From a virus (Duplodnaviria; Caudoviricetes): a stretch of 64,000 bases of DNA. Under the pieces are notes generated by a model. It was not told where the DNA came from. It made no database searches and was given only the letters and a program-made list of their open reading frames with translations. Of the stretch, positions 9,135 to 18,704 are shown one piece after another. The DNA is taken from the IMG/VR virus record IMGVR_UViG_3300025889_000071; one strand, given 5' to 3'. The position numbers were made by a program, and so were the translations under genes. Each line of letters starts with the position of its first letter. The first letter of the stretch is position 1.

Positions 9135-11532
9135 AGCAGAAAAGTTAAGAAAGGCATATGAGTTTAAACTCGGAAAGAGCTTAGTATCTAAACTTTCCGA
9201 CGATCAAATTAACTTACTTTCTAAATTTTATAATTCTTTAAGTGAATCTGAACAGAGTGATATTGATAATAAAATTTTCAAGGGGCATACTGATACTGAT
9301 CTCCATGAAATGGCAGAGGCATTTTATCAGGAACAGGTAGAAAATAAGGAATCAAAAGAAACTCCAAAAGAAACTCCAAAAGAGACTCCAACAAAATCAT
9401 CTGCGATTGTTCCATCAAATTTTTTCGGAAAAGGTAGATATGAAAAATATCTTGAGGAGATTAATGCTCAAGGGACAATAGAGGGGCATCAATTAACATC
9501 ACAAGAAAGAAAAGAAGCATTTAAGAGTAGAAAAAATAAAATTAATTTTGAAACTTTTGTCGATAAAGTATTAGAAAAAAAAGTTGCAGCTGCATCAGTT
9601 TCAAACACAAATGTATCAAAGTCGTTGATGGGTGGAGGAACTCTTGCGACTGTTGAAAACATAAAAAATACTGTAAATCAGAGCGTATCTACGGGTGAAG
9701 ATTATACTGAAATTTTAGGGAAGATAGATGAAATAATAGATGTTCTTAAGAAAGAGCAGAAACTTAAAGAAAAGATTGAAAATACTAAAAGGAAAGAAAA
9801 AGAAAAACGCAAGAGAAAAGGTGCTGAATCTAATTTAGAAAAAGGATTTAAAGCAGCAAGGAAAGCAGTTGAAAAAGTTGTTGCTCCAGTAAAAGGTATT
9901 TTAGATAGAATTATAAATTTCTTCTTAACTGTTCTGATGGGAAGAGCAGTTGTTAAGTTGATTGATTGGTTCTCTGATGAAAAAAATAAATCAAAAGTAG
10001 ATTCTATTTTTAGATTTTTAGGTGAAAATTGGCCTAAACTTTTAGCTCTCTTTCTTGTCTTTAAAACTGGACTTGGAAAATTTGCAAGAAGTTTAATTAG
10101 ACTTGTAATTAAAGGAACTGCAAGATTAGTTGCTGCAACTGCAGCATTACTAGCAAAAGCAGTTGGTGGTAAAATTGGAGGAAAATTTGGGAAATTTAGC
10201 AAATTCCTTGGAGGAAGGAAAGGAAAACTTTTAACTGCTGGTCTTGAAGTTGCTGCTGTTACTGGTGGCACAATGTTACTAGGTAATCAAATTGAAAATG
10301 TATTTAAAGTTGACTCCCCACCAGAAGAAGGTGAAGAAACTAAAACTCAAAATTATAAAGGTGGGGGAATGGTTTTCCCACAATTTAAAATGCCATCATT
10401 TTTACATTTATTCAAAGGTTCAGAATATGATGGTGATGAAGAAAAACAAAGTTCAGAAAAACCTCAAGGTTATGTGAGTGGAGAGAAGGGCGTAGATAAA
10501 GTTCCTGCCATGCTTTCTGATGGCGAATTTGTGATGTCAACAGGTGCTGTTGAAAGATATGGAATTGATACTCTCGAATCAATGAATGCAGCTGGCGGTG
10601 GTGACAATAATCCAAAAATAAAAAGTGGAAAAATATTTGCTTCTGGTGGTGGTTTTATTAATTCTGCATTACATCATTTAAAGAAAGACGAAGCATTATC
10701 ATCGCTGACAAGGGGGAAAAATGACCATATTAAACCGGGAGGAATGAGTGTTGTTTCCAATACTAACTGGTCATCAATAACACCATCAACTCCAATATAC
10801 GCATATCATACTGGAATTTCTGGAGACCGTCCTACAATAGGATGGGGTTCTACATTCTATGATAGTATATTGAATGGAAAAAAACCAGTAAGGCCTGGGG
10901 ATCAAATTACAAAATCAAAAGCAGATGAAATTTTAAAGGAAAATATAACAGACCTTTATAATACATACAATAAAATAATTCCACTATTTAAACATTTTAG
11001 TGATAATCAAAAAGCAGGTCTTTTAGTATTAGGATACAATGCACCTTATGCTCCTATTGGTGGTTATCCAAATCTAACAAAGGCATTGTTAGACGGTAAT
11101 ATGGCGGCTGCTGCAAATAATATATACCGAGAAGGTCCGAATGCTGAAAGGATTGCATTAGAAAAAGGACTAATATTAAGTGGACCTCCAGTAGTAAAAG
11201 GTCCAAAAATAGTCGGTCCAAAAATAGTCGGTGAAAAAAAAGTTGGTTCTGGAATTCCATTTTTTCCAGATCTTACCATTCAAAATATGTTTAAACCAAA
11301 ACCTTATTTTAGTGGAGGATTAATTACTGGTGCGGGGTCTCAAAAAGGCCTCCCATCAATTCCACCACCAATGAGTTCAAATGTTCAGGTCGAATACGTT
11401 CCTATAGATGCAATGAAAGGAAATTCACCTCCAGTAGTAGCAAGTAGTTATGGTGGTTCTGATATTCCATCATTCTCTGCTTCAGCACCTGGACCTGATT
11501 ATAAGAGACAAACATTAGGTATTACTGCATAG
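9121..11532 (+). CDS. Large hub/tape-measure-like virion protein with GH24-like lysozyme domain
   Basis: Coiled-coil N-half; VPAMLSDGEFV motif; HLKKDEA...PTIGWGST...ITKSKADEIL...NQKAGLLVLGYN resembles phage lysozyme. Confidence 0.65.
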   Translation: MPGSKAEKLRKAYEFKLGKSLVSKLSDDQINLLSKFYNSLSESEQSDIDNKIFKGHTDTDLHEMAEAFYQEQVENKESKETPKETPKETPTKSSAIVPSNFFGKGRYEKYLEEINAQGTIEGHQLTSQERKEAFKSRKNKINFETFVDKVLEKKVAAASVSNTNVSKSLMGGGTLATVENIKNTVNQSVSTGEDYTEILGKIDEIIDVLKKEQKLKEKIENTKRKEKEKRKRKGAESNLEKGFKAARKAVEKVVAPVKGILDRIINFFLTVLMGRAVVKLIDWFSDEKNKSKVDSIFRFLGENWPKLLALFLVFKTGLGKFARSLIRLVIKGTARLVAATAALLAKAVGGKIGGKFGKFSKFLGGRKGKLLTAGLEVAAVTGGTMLLGNQIENVFKVDSPPEEGEETKTQNYKGGGMVFPQFKMPSFLHLFKGSEYDGDEEKQSSEKPQGYVSGEKGVDKVPAMLSDGEFVMSTGAVERYGIDTLESMNAAGGGDNNPKIKSGKIFASGGGFINSALHHLKKDEALSSLTRGKNDHIKPGGMSVVSNTNWSSITPSTPIYAYHTGISGDRPTIGWGSTFYDSILNGKKPVRPGDQITKSKADEILKENITDLYNTYNKIIPLFKHFSDNQKAGLLVLGYNAPYAPIGGYPNLTKALLDGNMAAAANNIYREGPNAERIALEKGLILSGPPVVKGPKIVGPKIVGEKKVGSGIPFFPDLTIQNMFKPKPYFSGGLITGAGSQKGLPSIPPPMSSNVQVEYVPIDAMKGNSPPVVASSYGGSDIPSFSASAPGPDYKRQTLGITA

Positions 11533-11536
11533 GACA

Positions 11537-14482
11537 ATGATTAATACTAAAAAACTCTTACCATCTAGTACAAGTTCTCTTGCAAAAATTTCCAATTCTG
11601 GTAATAGATATTCTAATTTTAACGTTGGTCCTGAAAAAAAATCTAATGGAGTATCAGAAGTTAGTGATAAATTAACCAATATTCATAAATTTTTAAAAGG
11701 TTCTGTTGCTTTTGATAAAAAAGTAGAAGATGATAGGAAAAAAGAAGATGAAGCAGGCAAAAGACAAAAAGAAGAAGAAAAACTAGAGAAGAAAGAAGAT
11801 AAACAAAAATCTAAAAAGAAAGTTAATCTACCAAAAATTGGATTTTTGGATAGAATTAAAAATTTCATTACCAATGTTCTTTTAGGATTTTTTGTTGTTC
11901 GTTTAATTGATCATCTTCCAGCAATACTAGAGTTTTCTAAAAATTTATTCTCAATTGGGGAGTTTGTTCTTGATTTTAGTGGAAAAATACTTGATGGATT
12001 AGTTTCATTTATTGATTGGGGATATAAAGCTAGCGATGGTACTGAAAAGTTTTTAAAGAGTTGGGGTGGTGATAATGCTGTAGAAGTATTTGAAGCATTT
12101 AATGGAGCAATAGGAAAACTGATTGATGTTGCCATCATTGCAGGTTTTGCGATGGCAGATCAAGGACAAGGTGGTGTTCTCGATATTGCTGGAGACATGA
12201 TCTCCGACAAACTTACACAAAGGGCAGGACAACAGGTTGCTGGTAAAGCAGTAGCAAAAGGTGCTGGTATTGGTGCAGGAACAGCAGCTGCTATTGTTGG
12301 TGGTGTTGGATTACTTGCTTCTGCATTAGGTGAAGGTGCTTTTCAACTCAGAGGAACTGGAAAAAATATTGAGAAAGCAGCAAAAAGTGAGTATGATAAA
12401 CATAAAGACAAATGGGCAGTAGATCCAAGAAGAATTGCTTCTTGGGGTATGTATAAATTGGCTCAATTTGGTAATATGTCACTTAGTACAGTTGGATTTT
12501 TACTTGATGTTGTTGGTGCTCCATTTAGATATGCAATAGAATTAATTCGTTATCCATTTTTAAGTGAGCAAGATAAAGAAAAACAAGCACATAATCTTGC
12601 AAAATTTGATGCAAGAATTCGTGAAGATGTGAGAGAAGCATTGAATATGGTGACTCTGGGCATGGCCTTTAAAGAGAAAGGTTCCTTCGGTAATATGTTT
12701 GGTAATGATGCAGCCCAGAAGGAAATGATGGGTAAAATGCAAGGAGGTGGTTCTTTAACTAGAAAAGGTAATAGGGTTACAAGAAAAATACCAAAAGCAA
12801 AACAAAAACAAATTGCAAGAAGACCTGCAAAGATTCAAGTTCCAAAAACACCTGGTGGAGACATTGGTGGCAAAGAAAAATATGCAACACATTTTCCAAA
12901 GTATGATCCAGAAAAACCAAGTGCAACCACAATAGTTACAAAAGCAAATGAAGGATTTAATAATGTAGATTATTTTGGACCTATTTTGAGCATTGCGTCT
13001 AAAATTATTCTTGGAGAGAGACCAAAAGCTGAAGATTATCGAAATGTTGGTCTAGGGATCAATAGAATGTTTGTTATGGGTATGAATGACGGTATTATCA
13101 ATATTACTCAAGTGAAAAAATTTGCTGGTGGAGGAGCAGTTAATAATTCTGGAATACCGATGGATCTTTCGAAATGGACTGAAAGAACGATTGAAAAATC
13201 TTTAACTAAAGAACTTTCAAGAACTTTTCAGAAAATGAATATTGCTGCTGGTCAATCTCCCTCTACGCCCCCAAGAAATCTTGATCCATCAGCGAGAGCG
13301 GGCGGATTGTATGGAGGATATCAAGTAAATCAGGGAATTCAAAAAGAAATATATGAGTATTTGATTAATGAGAAGAAATTGAATGACTATCAGGCTCTTG
13401 GTTTGATGGCAAATATCAGTAGGGAGAGTAGTTTTAATCCAGCGGTAAATACGGGAGATGGTGGAAATTCATGGGGATTATTTCAGTGGAATCATGGTGC
13501 TGGAAGAAGAGATCCATTTGTTGCCGCAGTACCTGATTGGCAAACGAATTGGAAAGCACAAATTGATTATGCTTTGGATGGTGAAGCAGCATATAGAAAC
13601 GTACAATTGAAATTTAAAACCACTCAATGGTCTAGTGCTTATGCTGCAGCAGAATATTGGATGAGAGAATTTGAAAATCCTGCAGACAAGGCAGGTGCTA
13701 ATGCATATCATCAACGTTATTTAGCTAGCGTTCCTAAAGGACCGACCGGATCTGCACAATTCAGAGCAAAAACTACAACTGGAGGTTCGGGCAGTTTTAA
13801 TGTTATTCAATATTTAACGGGTGATACCACATATAGGGCAGGTCCTGGGGTTGATTCAAATCAGTTTTACTATGATCCGGGTCATGGTGGTAATAATTAT
13901 CATGAACATTTTGGATTCAATAATGTTGACGATAAAATTATGGCAATGGAACACTTGGAAAACCAAGGTTTTGAAATTGGCAGTCAAAATCGAAGAAATG
14001 ATCCTGGTCTACATGGAAGCAATCTTGCTTTTGATGTTCCATTTTATAAACCAAGTGGTGGAACACAAAAAGGATTTTCTGATGACACTGCAGGAGAACA
14101 AGCATTTAGTGCAGCAGTTAGAGCATCTATGGGTATGTTTCATGGAGGATCAACAGGAAAAGGTGGTATTATATTCACCCATCCAGGTGAATACATAATA
14201 GATAAGGACAGTGTAGATTTACTTGGAACAGATTTTTTTGATATTATAAATCAAATTGAAAATGAAAGTCACCTTAAACAAAAGTCTGGTTTATTGATTT
14301 CACGATTGTCTCAATATGCTTCATATGACCAAAGAACAAAGAAAACCGTTGTAGTTCCAATACCGCAACCTCAACAACCAATTCCATATCCAGTTACTGG
14401 AAATTCATCTTCAGCAATGTCTGGTGTCTTACCAGTAGGAGGAACTGAAGATGCATTCAAGCAATTATACATGGGTAACTAA
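11537..14482 (+). CDS. Large hub/tape-measure-like virion protein with tail lysozyme and putative Zn-peptidase domains
   Basis: ALGLMANISRESSFNP...WGLFQWN (Phage_lysozyme2-like); GLHGSNLAFDV (H-x6-D, peptidase M15-like). Confidence 0.65.
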   Translation: MINTKKLLPSSTSSLAKISNSGNRYSNFNVGPEKKSNGVSEVSDKLTNIHKFLKGSVAFDKKVEDDRKKEDEAGKRQKEEEKLEKKEDKQKSKKKVNLPKIGFLDRIKNFITNVLLGFFVVRLIDHLPAILEFSKNLFSIGEFVLDFSGKILDGLVSFIDWGYKASDGTEKFLKSWGGDNAVEVFEAFNGAIGKLIDVAIIAGFAMADQGQGGVLDIAGDMISDKLTQRAGQQVAGKAVAKGAGIGAGTAAAIVGGVGLLASALGEGAFQLRGTGKNIEKAAKSEYDKHKDKWAVDPRRIASWGMYKLAQFGNMSLSTVGFLLDVVGAPFRYAIELIRYPFLSEQDKEKQAHNLAKFDARIREDVREALNMVTLGMAFKEKGSFGNMFGNDAAQKEMMGKMQGGGSLTRKGNRVTRKIPKAKQKQIARRPAKIQVPKTPGGDIGGKEKYATHFPKYDPEKPSATTIVTKANEGFNNVDYFGPILSIASKIILGERPKAEDYRNVGLGINRMFVMGMNDGIINITQVKKFAGGGAVNNSGIPMDLSKWTERTIEKSLTKELSRTFQKMNIAAGQSPSTPPRNLDPSARAGGLYGGYQVNQGIQKEIYEYLINEKKLNDYQALGLMANISRESSFNPAVNTGDGGNSWGLFQWNHGAGRRDPFVAAVPDWQTNWKAQIDYALDGEAAYRNVQLKFKTTQWSSAYAAAEYWMREFENPADKAGANAYHQRYLASVPKGPTGSAQFRAKTTTGGSGSFNVIQYLTGDTTYRAGPGVDSNQFYYDPGHGGNNYHEHFGFNNVDDKIMAMEHLENQGFEIGSQNRRNDPGLHGSNLAFDVPFYKPSGGTQKGFSDDTAGEQAFSAAVRASMGMFHGGSTGKGGIIFTHPGEYIIDKDSVDLLGTDFFDIINQIENESHLKQKSGLLISRLSQYASYDQRTKKTVVVPIPQPQQPIPYPVTGNSSSAMSGVLPVGGTEDAFKQLYMGN

Positions 14483-15804
14483 TGTCACAAACACCTATTA
14501 CATCTAGTTTATCACAACCAACCGCAGTTAAAAAACTTGATATTGTTTCAAACAAGGATGCAACATCAACTTCCTTATTAGGAGGTCTTTCTAGACTTGA
14601 ATATTTTGAAAGTATTCTTCAAGATACAATAAGAGCAGAGGTTTTTTATGCAGATACTGGAAATGCTGTAAACGGAAGATCTGTTCTTGAGGCATTACCT
14701 CTAGTTGGAACTGAAGAAGTTAAGTTAAAATTAAGTGATAATTTAAATAATAATATAGATTTAACTTTATATGTCAATAAAGTTACTCCATTTTATGAAG
14801 ATACTACCAAATCATTAGTTAATTTGAGTTTGGTTTCTGAAGAATTTATTACAAACGAAATGGGCAGATCTCGCTTGAATATTCGTTTTGATGGAAAAAT
14901 ATCTGATACAATAGAGAAAATTTTAACTCAATTTCTAAAGACAACCAAGAAAAGAGATATTGAAACTACATCAAACAATTATAATTTTATTGGAAACAAT
15001 AAAAAACCATTTTATACTATTAATTGGCTTTCTAAAAAATCGGTATCAACCACAAACAGTGCAATGGGTATGAGTGCTGGATATTTCTTGTTTGAAACAA
15101 CAGAAGGATATAAATTTAAATCTATTGATACATTATTTGCACAGAAACAAAAGAAATCATTTATTTTTACAAATACTTCAGATAGAGGCGGAAAAATTCC
15201 TGCAGGTTATGATGGAAAAATATTGAGTCATAGACAAGACAATAGAATTCAAGCACAAGAAAAATATCAGATTGGTGCATTTGGAACTCGTCTTGTTACT
15301 TTTGACCCCTTTAATTGTTTTTATGATGTAAAAGTGCAGACATCGGAGGAGGCAAAATCTGGAGTAAAATTGGCTGGAAAAGAACTGCCAAAGTTTAATG
15401 ATAAGTTTTCTACGGAAGAGTTATTTACGAGAACAACATATATGCTTATTGATAAAGGCACTTTACCAACAGGGGACACCAATCAACAAATTGAAAAGTC
15501 ACAATTGCAGAATTTTGACGTTCAAAATATATTAAATCAATCAATACGTCGATATAATCAAGTCTTTAGTAATATGGAAACAATTACTATTGCTGCAGAT
15601 TTTAGTTTACATGCAGGAGATGCAATTTACATAGATATACCAAGTGTTCAGCAAGATAAAGGTTCTGATGTAAATCGACAGACTGGTGGTCTATATATTA
15701 TAGCTGAATTATGTCATTACATATCTCCACGAAATACTTTCACTAAATTAAATTTAATACGGGATTCTTTCGGTAGAAAAGGTAATCACACAACAACGTT
15801 ATAA
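14482..15804 (+). CDS. Baseplate hub / tail protein (gp27- or GpD-like)
   Basis: YLFETTEGYKFKSIDTLF, ITIAADFSLHAGD, GGLYIIAELCHY...LIRDSFG; lies before gp5. Confidence 0.6.
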   Translation: MSQTPITSSLSQPTAVKKLDIVSNKDATSTSLLGGLSRLEYFESILQDTIRAEVFYADTGNAVNGRSVLEALPLVGTEEVKLKLSDNLNNNIDLTLYVNKVTPFYEDTTKSLVNLSLVSEEFITNEMGRSRLNIRFDGKISDTIEKILTQFLKTTKKRDIETTSNNYNFIGNNKKPFYTINWLSKKSVSTTNSAMGMSAGYFLFETTEGYKFKSIDTLFAQKQKKSFIFTNTSDRGGKIPAGYDGKILSHRQDNRIQAQEKYQIGAFGTRLVTFDPFNCFYDVKVQTSEEAKSGVKLAGKELPKFNDKFSTEELFTRTTYMLIDKGTLPTGDTNQQIEKSQLQNFDVQNILNQSIRRYNQVFSNMETITIAADFSLHAGDAIYIDIPSVQQDKGSDVNRQTGGLYIIAELCHYISPRNTFTKLNLIRDSFGRKGNHTTTL

Positions 15805-15806
15805 AA

Positions 15807-16025
15807 ATGGAAAAAAAATCTTTACAGCAACATATCAATGACGACAAAGATATGTTGGATGATTCAACTTTGTCACCACAAATGCGTCGTCATGTAGAAG
15901 ATGAGTTAGATCATCTGGAACTTTATCAAGCAAATCATCCTGATGATGATCATGACCCAACTCCTCTTGAAATATATTGTGATGAAAATCCAGATGCTGA
16001 TGAATGTAGAATATATGAGGATTGA
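15807..16025 (+). CDS. cp12: Calvin-cycle inhibitor CP12 (auxiliary metabolic gene)
   Basis: C-terminal DPTPLEIYCDENPDADECRIYED with the C-x8-C pair; no N-terminal Cys pair, as in picocyanobacterial and phage CP12. Confidence 0.88.
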   Translation: MEKKSLQQHINDDKDMLDDSTLSPQMRRHVEDELDHLELYQANHPDDDHDPTPLEIYCDENPDADECRIYED

Positions 16026-16029
16026 TTAG

Positions 16030-18693
16030 ATGGAAGGAGGTGCATTATTTAATCCTGGATTTTTAGGTGGCAATTTTTTATGGTGGGTAGGCCAAGTTGC
16101 TGATGATAGAACTTGGAGAGAAAACGTAAAATCAGAAAAATATGAGAATCCAAAAGATAATAAAGGATGGGGATACCGGTATAAAGTAAGAATTATTGGT
16201 CTTCATGACAAACAAGAAACTTTAATACCATCAGACCAATTGCCTTGGGCTCAGGTCATGTATCCCATTACTGCTGGTGGTGGTCAAGGTGGTTCATTTC
16301 AAACACCTGGAATTAAGCAAGGAATGTTTGTGTTTGGATTTTTCTTGGATGGTCAGGATCAGCAGGTTCCTGTTATTATGGGTGTTCTTGGAAATAATGC
16401 ACAAACACCTTTAAGTTTAACGACATCACTGTCTGGTTCTGAAAATTTCACTGCTCAAAGTGGCCATGCAAATTCTTATGATGATCAAACAAAACTTACA
16501 GCAGACAAAAATCTTGCAGTAACACCTCCAGAAGAAGAAAAGGCACCAACTAAAGAAAGCACTGATCCACATCAAAAAACTGTAGCAGATGAAAAAAAAG
16601 ATAGACAATTAAAGAAGAAAAAACCCTTAAAATGTCCTGATAAGAAACAAAAGAGTGGATTAAAATCCATTCAAACTATTCTTGAAGAACTTACAAAAGA
16701 TATACAAGAAGCACAAAAAGCATTTAAAAACTTTAAGGATGCTGCTTCTTTGAGATTGAAAAAAGGATATGTACAAGTACAAAAATGGATAAAATTAAAG
16801 ATGCAAGAAGCATCTAGGGAAATTGCAAAACATGCAAAGGAAATATACATCAATGTTCAGAATTGGATATCTGATCAGTATAATAAAACATTAAAACCAC
16901 TTCTAAAAAATCTTCCAGGTTCTTCTTTAATAGAAGCCTTTAAATTAAAGATGAAAGGTTTAGAAGCAATTGCATGTAAATTTAATGCATTAATGAAAGG
17001 TCTTGGACCATTGATTAATCAATTTTTAAATGATAAAAATTCTCAAGCACATTCTAATTCTAAAAATTCAGCAAGTTCTGGGGGTACTGGAGGTTCTGAT
17101 TCACCATATTTACAATATCAACAAGCACTTCGTGATGCTGGAGGAAATCAAAACTTAACTGGAGGAAATCAAAATTTACCTGACGCAAGAATTATTAGTG
17201 CGCCAACAGAAGAGTTAATTCGTAGTGGATTGATAGAAGATGAAGATGCAAGAACACCTTTAGATGATATAGTTGCACCAGCTCTTCCCATAGATGGATA
17301 TGGAACACCAACTCCAATATGCACCACTGAAGAATTAATGGCATTTCTTTTGGGACAGCATCTTAATGATATAATGACCACTTTTAATGAAGCAGTTAGA
17401 CCAATTGCAGATCAAGTTAGAACTACAGTTGATCAGGCAGATACTACAGAAGCCAATACATTGGCACAATCTAGTGGAAAGACAACTATTAATGATTTTG
17501 CATATACCGTAACATCTGAAAATGTTGATAGAGCACGAAAATCTGGAGATCTTGTAGATGCTTTAGCACGAACTCTTGCATCAAATGGTCTTGGGATGAG
17601 TCAAACACACCCAATTGAACAGGCAAAGGATTATTTTCAATCTAAAAATTATTATGGTGGATTAGTTACATTAAAGGCAAATCAAATAGTAGGACCACAA
17701 CGTTCTAGTGATAATTCTGGTACAATTTCTTCTTTAGTTGGTTCGAAAGGCGATCTTCGATCAACTTTTGTAGATACTGTTGGAGTTTATTTATTAGGAC
17801 AAAATCTTACTAGTCCGCTGATTCAAGAAGGAAAACAACTTTTAGATGAAGTTATTTCATATCTCATACAAAATGACCCAGGAATCACTACAACTTCTGA
17901 GCCAGGAAGGGAGGGACAAACTACTAGCACTACAACGCCAACCCCATTACCTACAATTTTTAATAAAGCATTAAAAGTATTATCTGGTGCACTAACTTTA
18001 GGGGCAGCGGTATCGCCACCCACTGCAGTTGTTGGTGGCATTGTCAATCTTGCCAATACTCTTATTTCTACTGGTTTTAACCTTAATAATATTCCTGGCA
18101 CATTAAAATCTGCTTTTGGAGCTTCTTTTCCTGCAATAGGAATTGCTTCTGATTTTGTTAGTGTAGCAGCCAATTTGGCAAGCGGAAATATGGCAGCAGC
18201 TATCAATTCAATTACTGGAATGCTACCTGGTGTTGGAAATCAGGTGGCAAATGTATTTAATGCTTTAAAAGATGGAAACCTTGGAAAGTTAACTTATGAA
18301 GTTGGTCTTCTTTCGAGAGTGAATCCTAGAATTTTAGATGCAATCATAAAGAATGTAATTCAAGTTGATATGATTAATCCAGAAAATGTACAAAATGTGC
18401 TAAATTCTCTTGGAGTTAATTTTGATATTGGTGCGGCATTAGGATTTATTAGTTCCATTAGTGAATTTTTTGCATGTGATCCAAAACCAAAGTGTTCTCC
18501 AAATACTGATCATACTCTTCAAGAGGGTGGAAATGCAAGACCAGGAAAAGAACAACCAAATCTATCACAAATTGCAAATTTAGCATCTCAAACTGCAACT
18601 GCGTTGGGAAGTGAAGGTGTTTCCGATGCTATTCAAACTGCAAGTGATGTAACAGGAGTTGTTACGAAGTTCCGAACACCATCAACAACTTAA
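16030..18693 (+). CDS. 5: Baseplate hub/spike protein gp5 (N-terminal OB fold, no visible lysozyme domain)
   Basis: WWVGQV..D, RYKVRIIGLH, QLPWAQVMYP, VFGFFLDGQDQQVPVIMG. Confidence 0.85.
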   Translation: MEGGALFNPGFLGGNFLWWVGQVADDRTWRENVKSEKYENPKDNKGWGYRYKVRIIGLHDKQETLIPSDQLPWAQVMYPITAGGGQGGSFQTPGIKQGMFVFGFFLDGQDQQVPVIMGVLGNNAQTPLSLTTSLSGSENFTAQSGHANSYDDQTKLTADKNLAVTPPEEEKAPTKESTDPHQKTVADEKKDRQLKKKKPLKCPDKKQKSGLKSIQTILEELTKDIQEAQKAFKNFKDAASLRLKKGYVQVQKWIKLKMQEASREIAKHAKEIYINVQNWISDQYNKTLKPLLKNLPGSSLIEAFKLKMKGLEAIACKFNALMKGLGPLINQFLNDKNSQAHSNSKNSASSGGTGGSDSPYLQYQQALRDAGGNQNLTGGNQNLPDARIISAPTEELIRSGLIEDEDARTPLDDIVAPALPIDGYGTPTPICTTEELMAFLLGQHLNDIMTTFNEAVRPIADQVRTTVDQADTTEANTLAQSSGKTTINDFAYTVTSENVDRARKSGDLVDALARTLASNGLGMSQTHPIEQAKDYFQSKNYYGGLVTLKANQIVGPQRSSDNSGTISSLVGSKGDLRSTFVDTVGVYLLGQNLTSPLIQEGKQLLDEVISYLIQNDPGITTTSEPGREGQTTSTTTPTPLPTIFNKALKVLSGALTLGAAVSPPTAVVGGIVNLANTLISTGFNLNNIPGTLKSAFGASFPAIGIASDFVSVAANLASGNMAAAINSITGMLPGVGNQVANVFNALKDGNLGKLTYEVGLLSRVNPRILDAIIKNVIQVDMINPENVQNVLNSLGVNFDIGAALGFISSISEFFACDPKPKCSPNTDHTLQEGGNARPGKEQPNLSQIANLASQTATALGSEGVSDAIQTASDVTGVVTKFRTPSTT

Positions 18694-18704
18694 GGTATCA
18701 TAAA

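Noticed and set aside
9355-9400. KETP x3 tandem repeat (and GPKIV repeats near 11200)
   Set aside because: These are short coding microsatellites in disordered linkers with no sign of a separate function.
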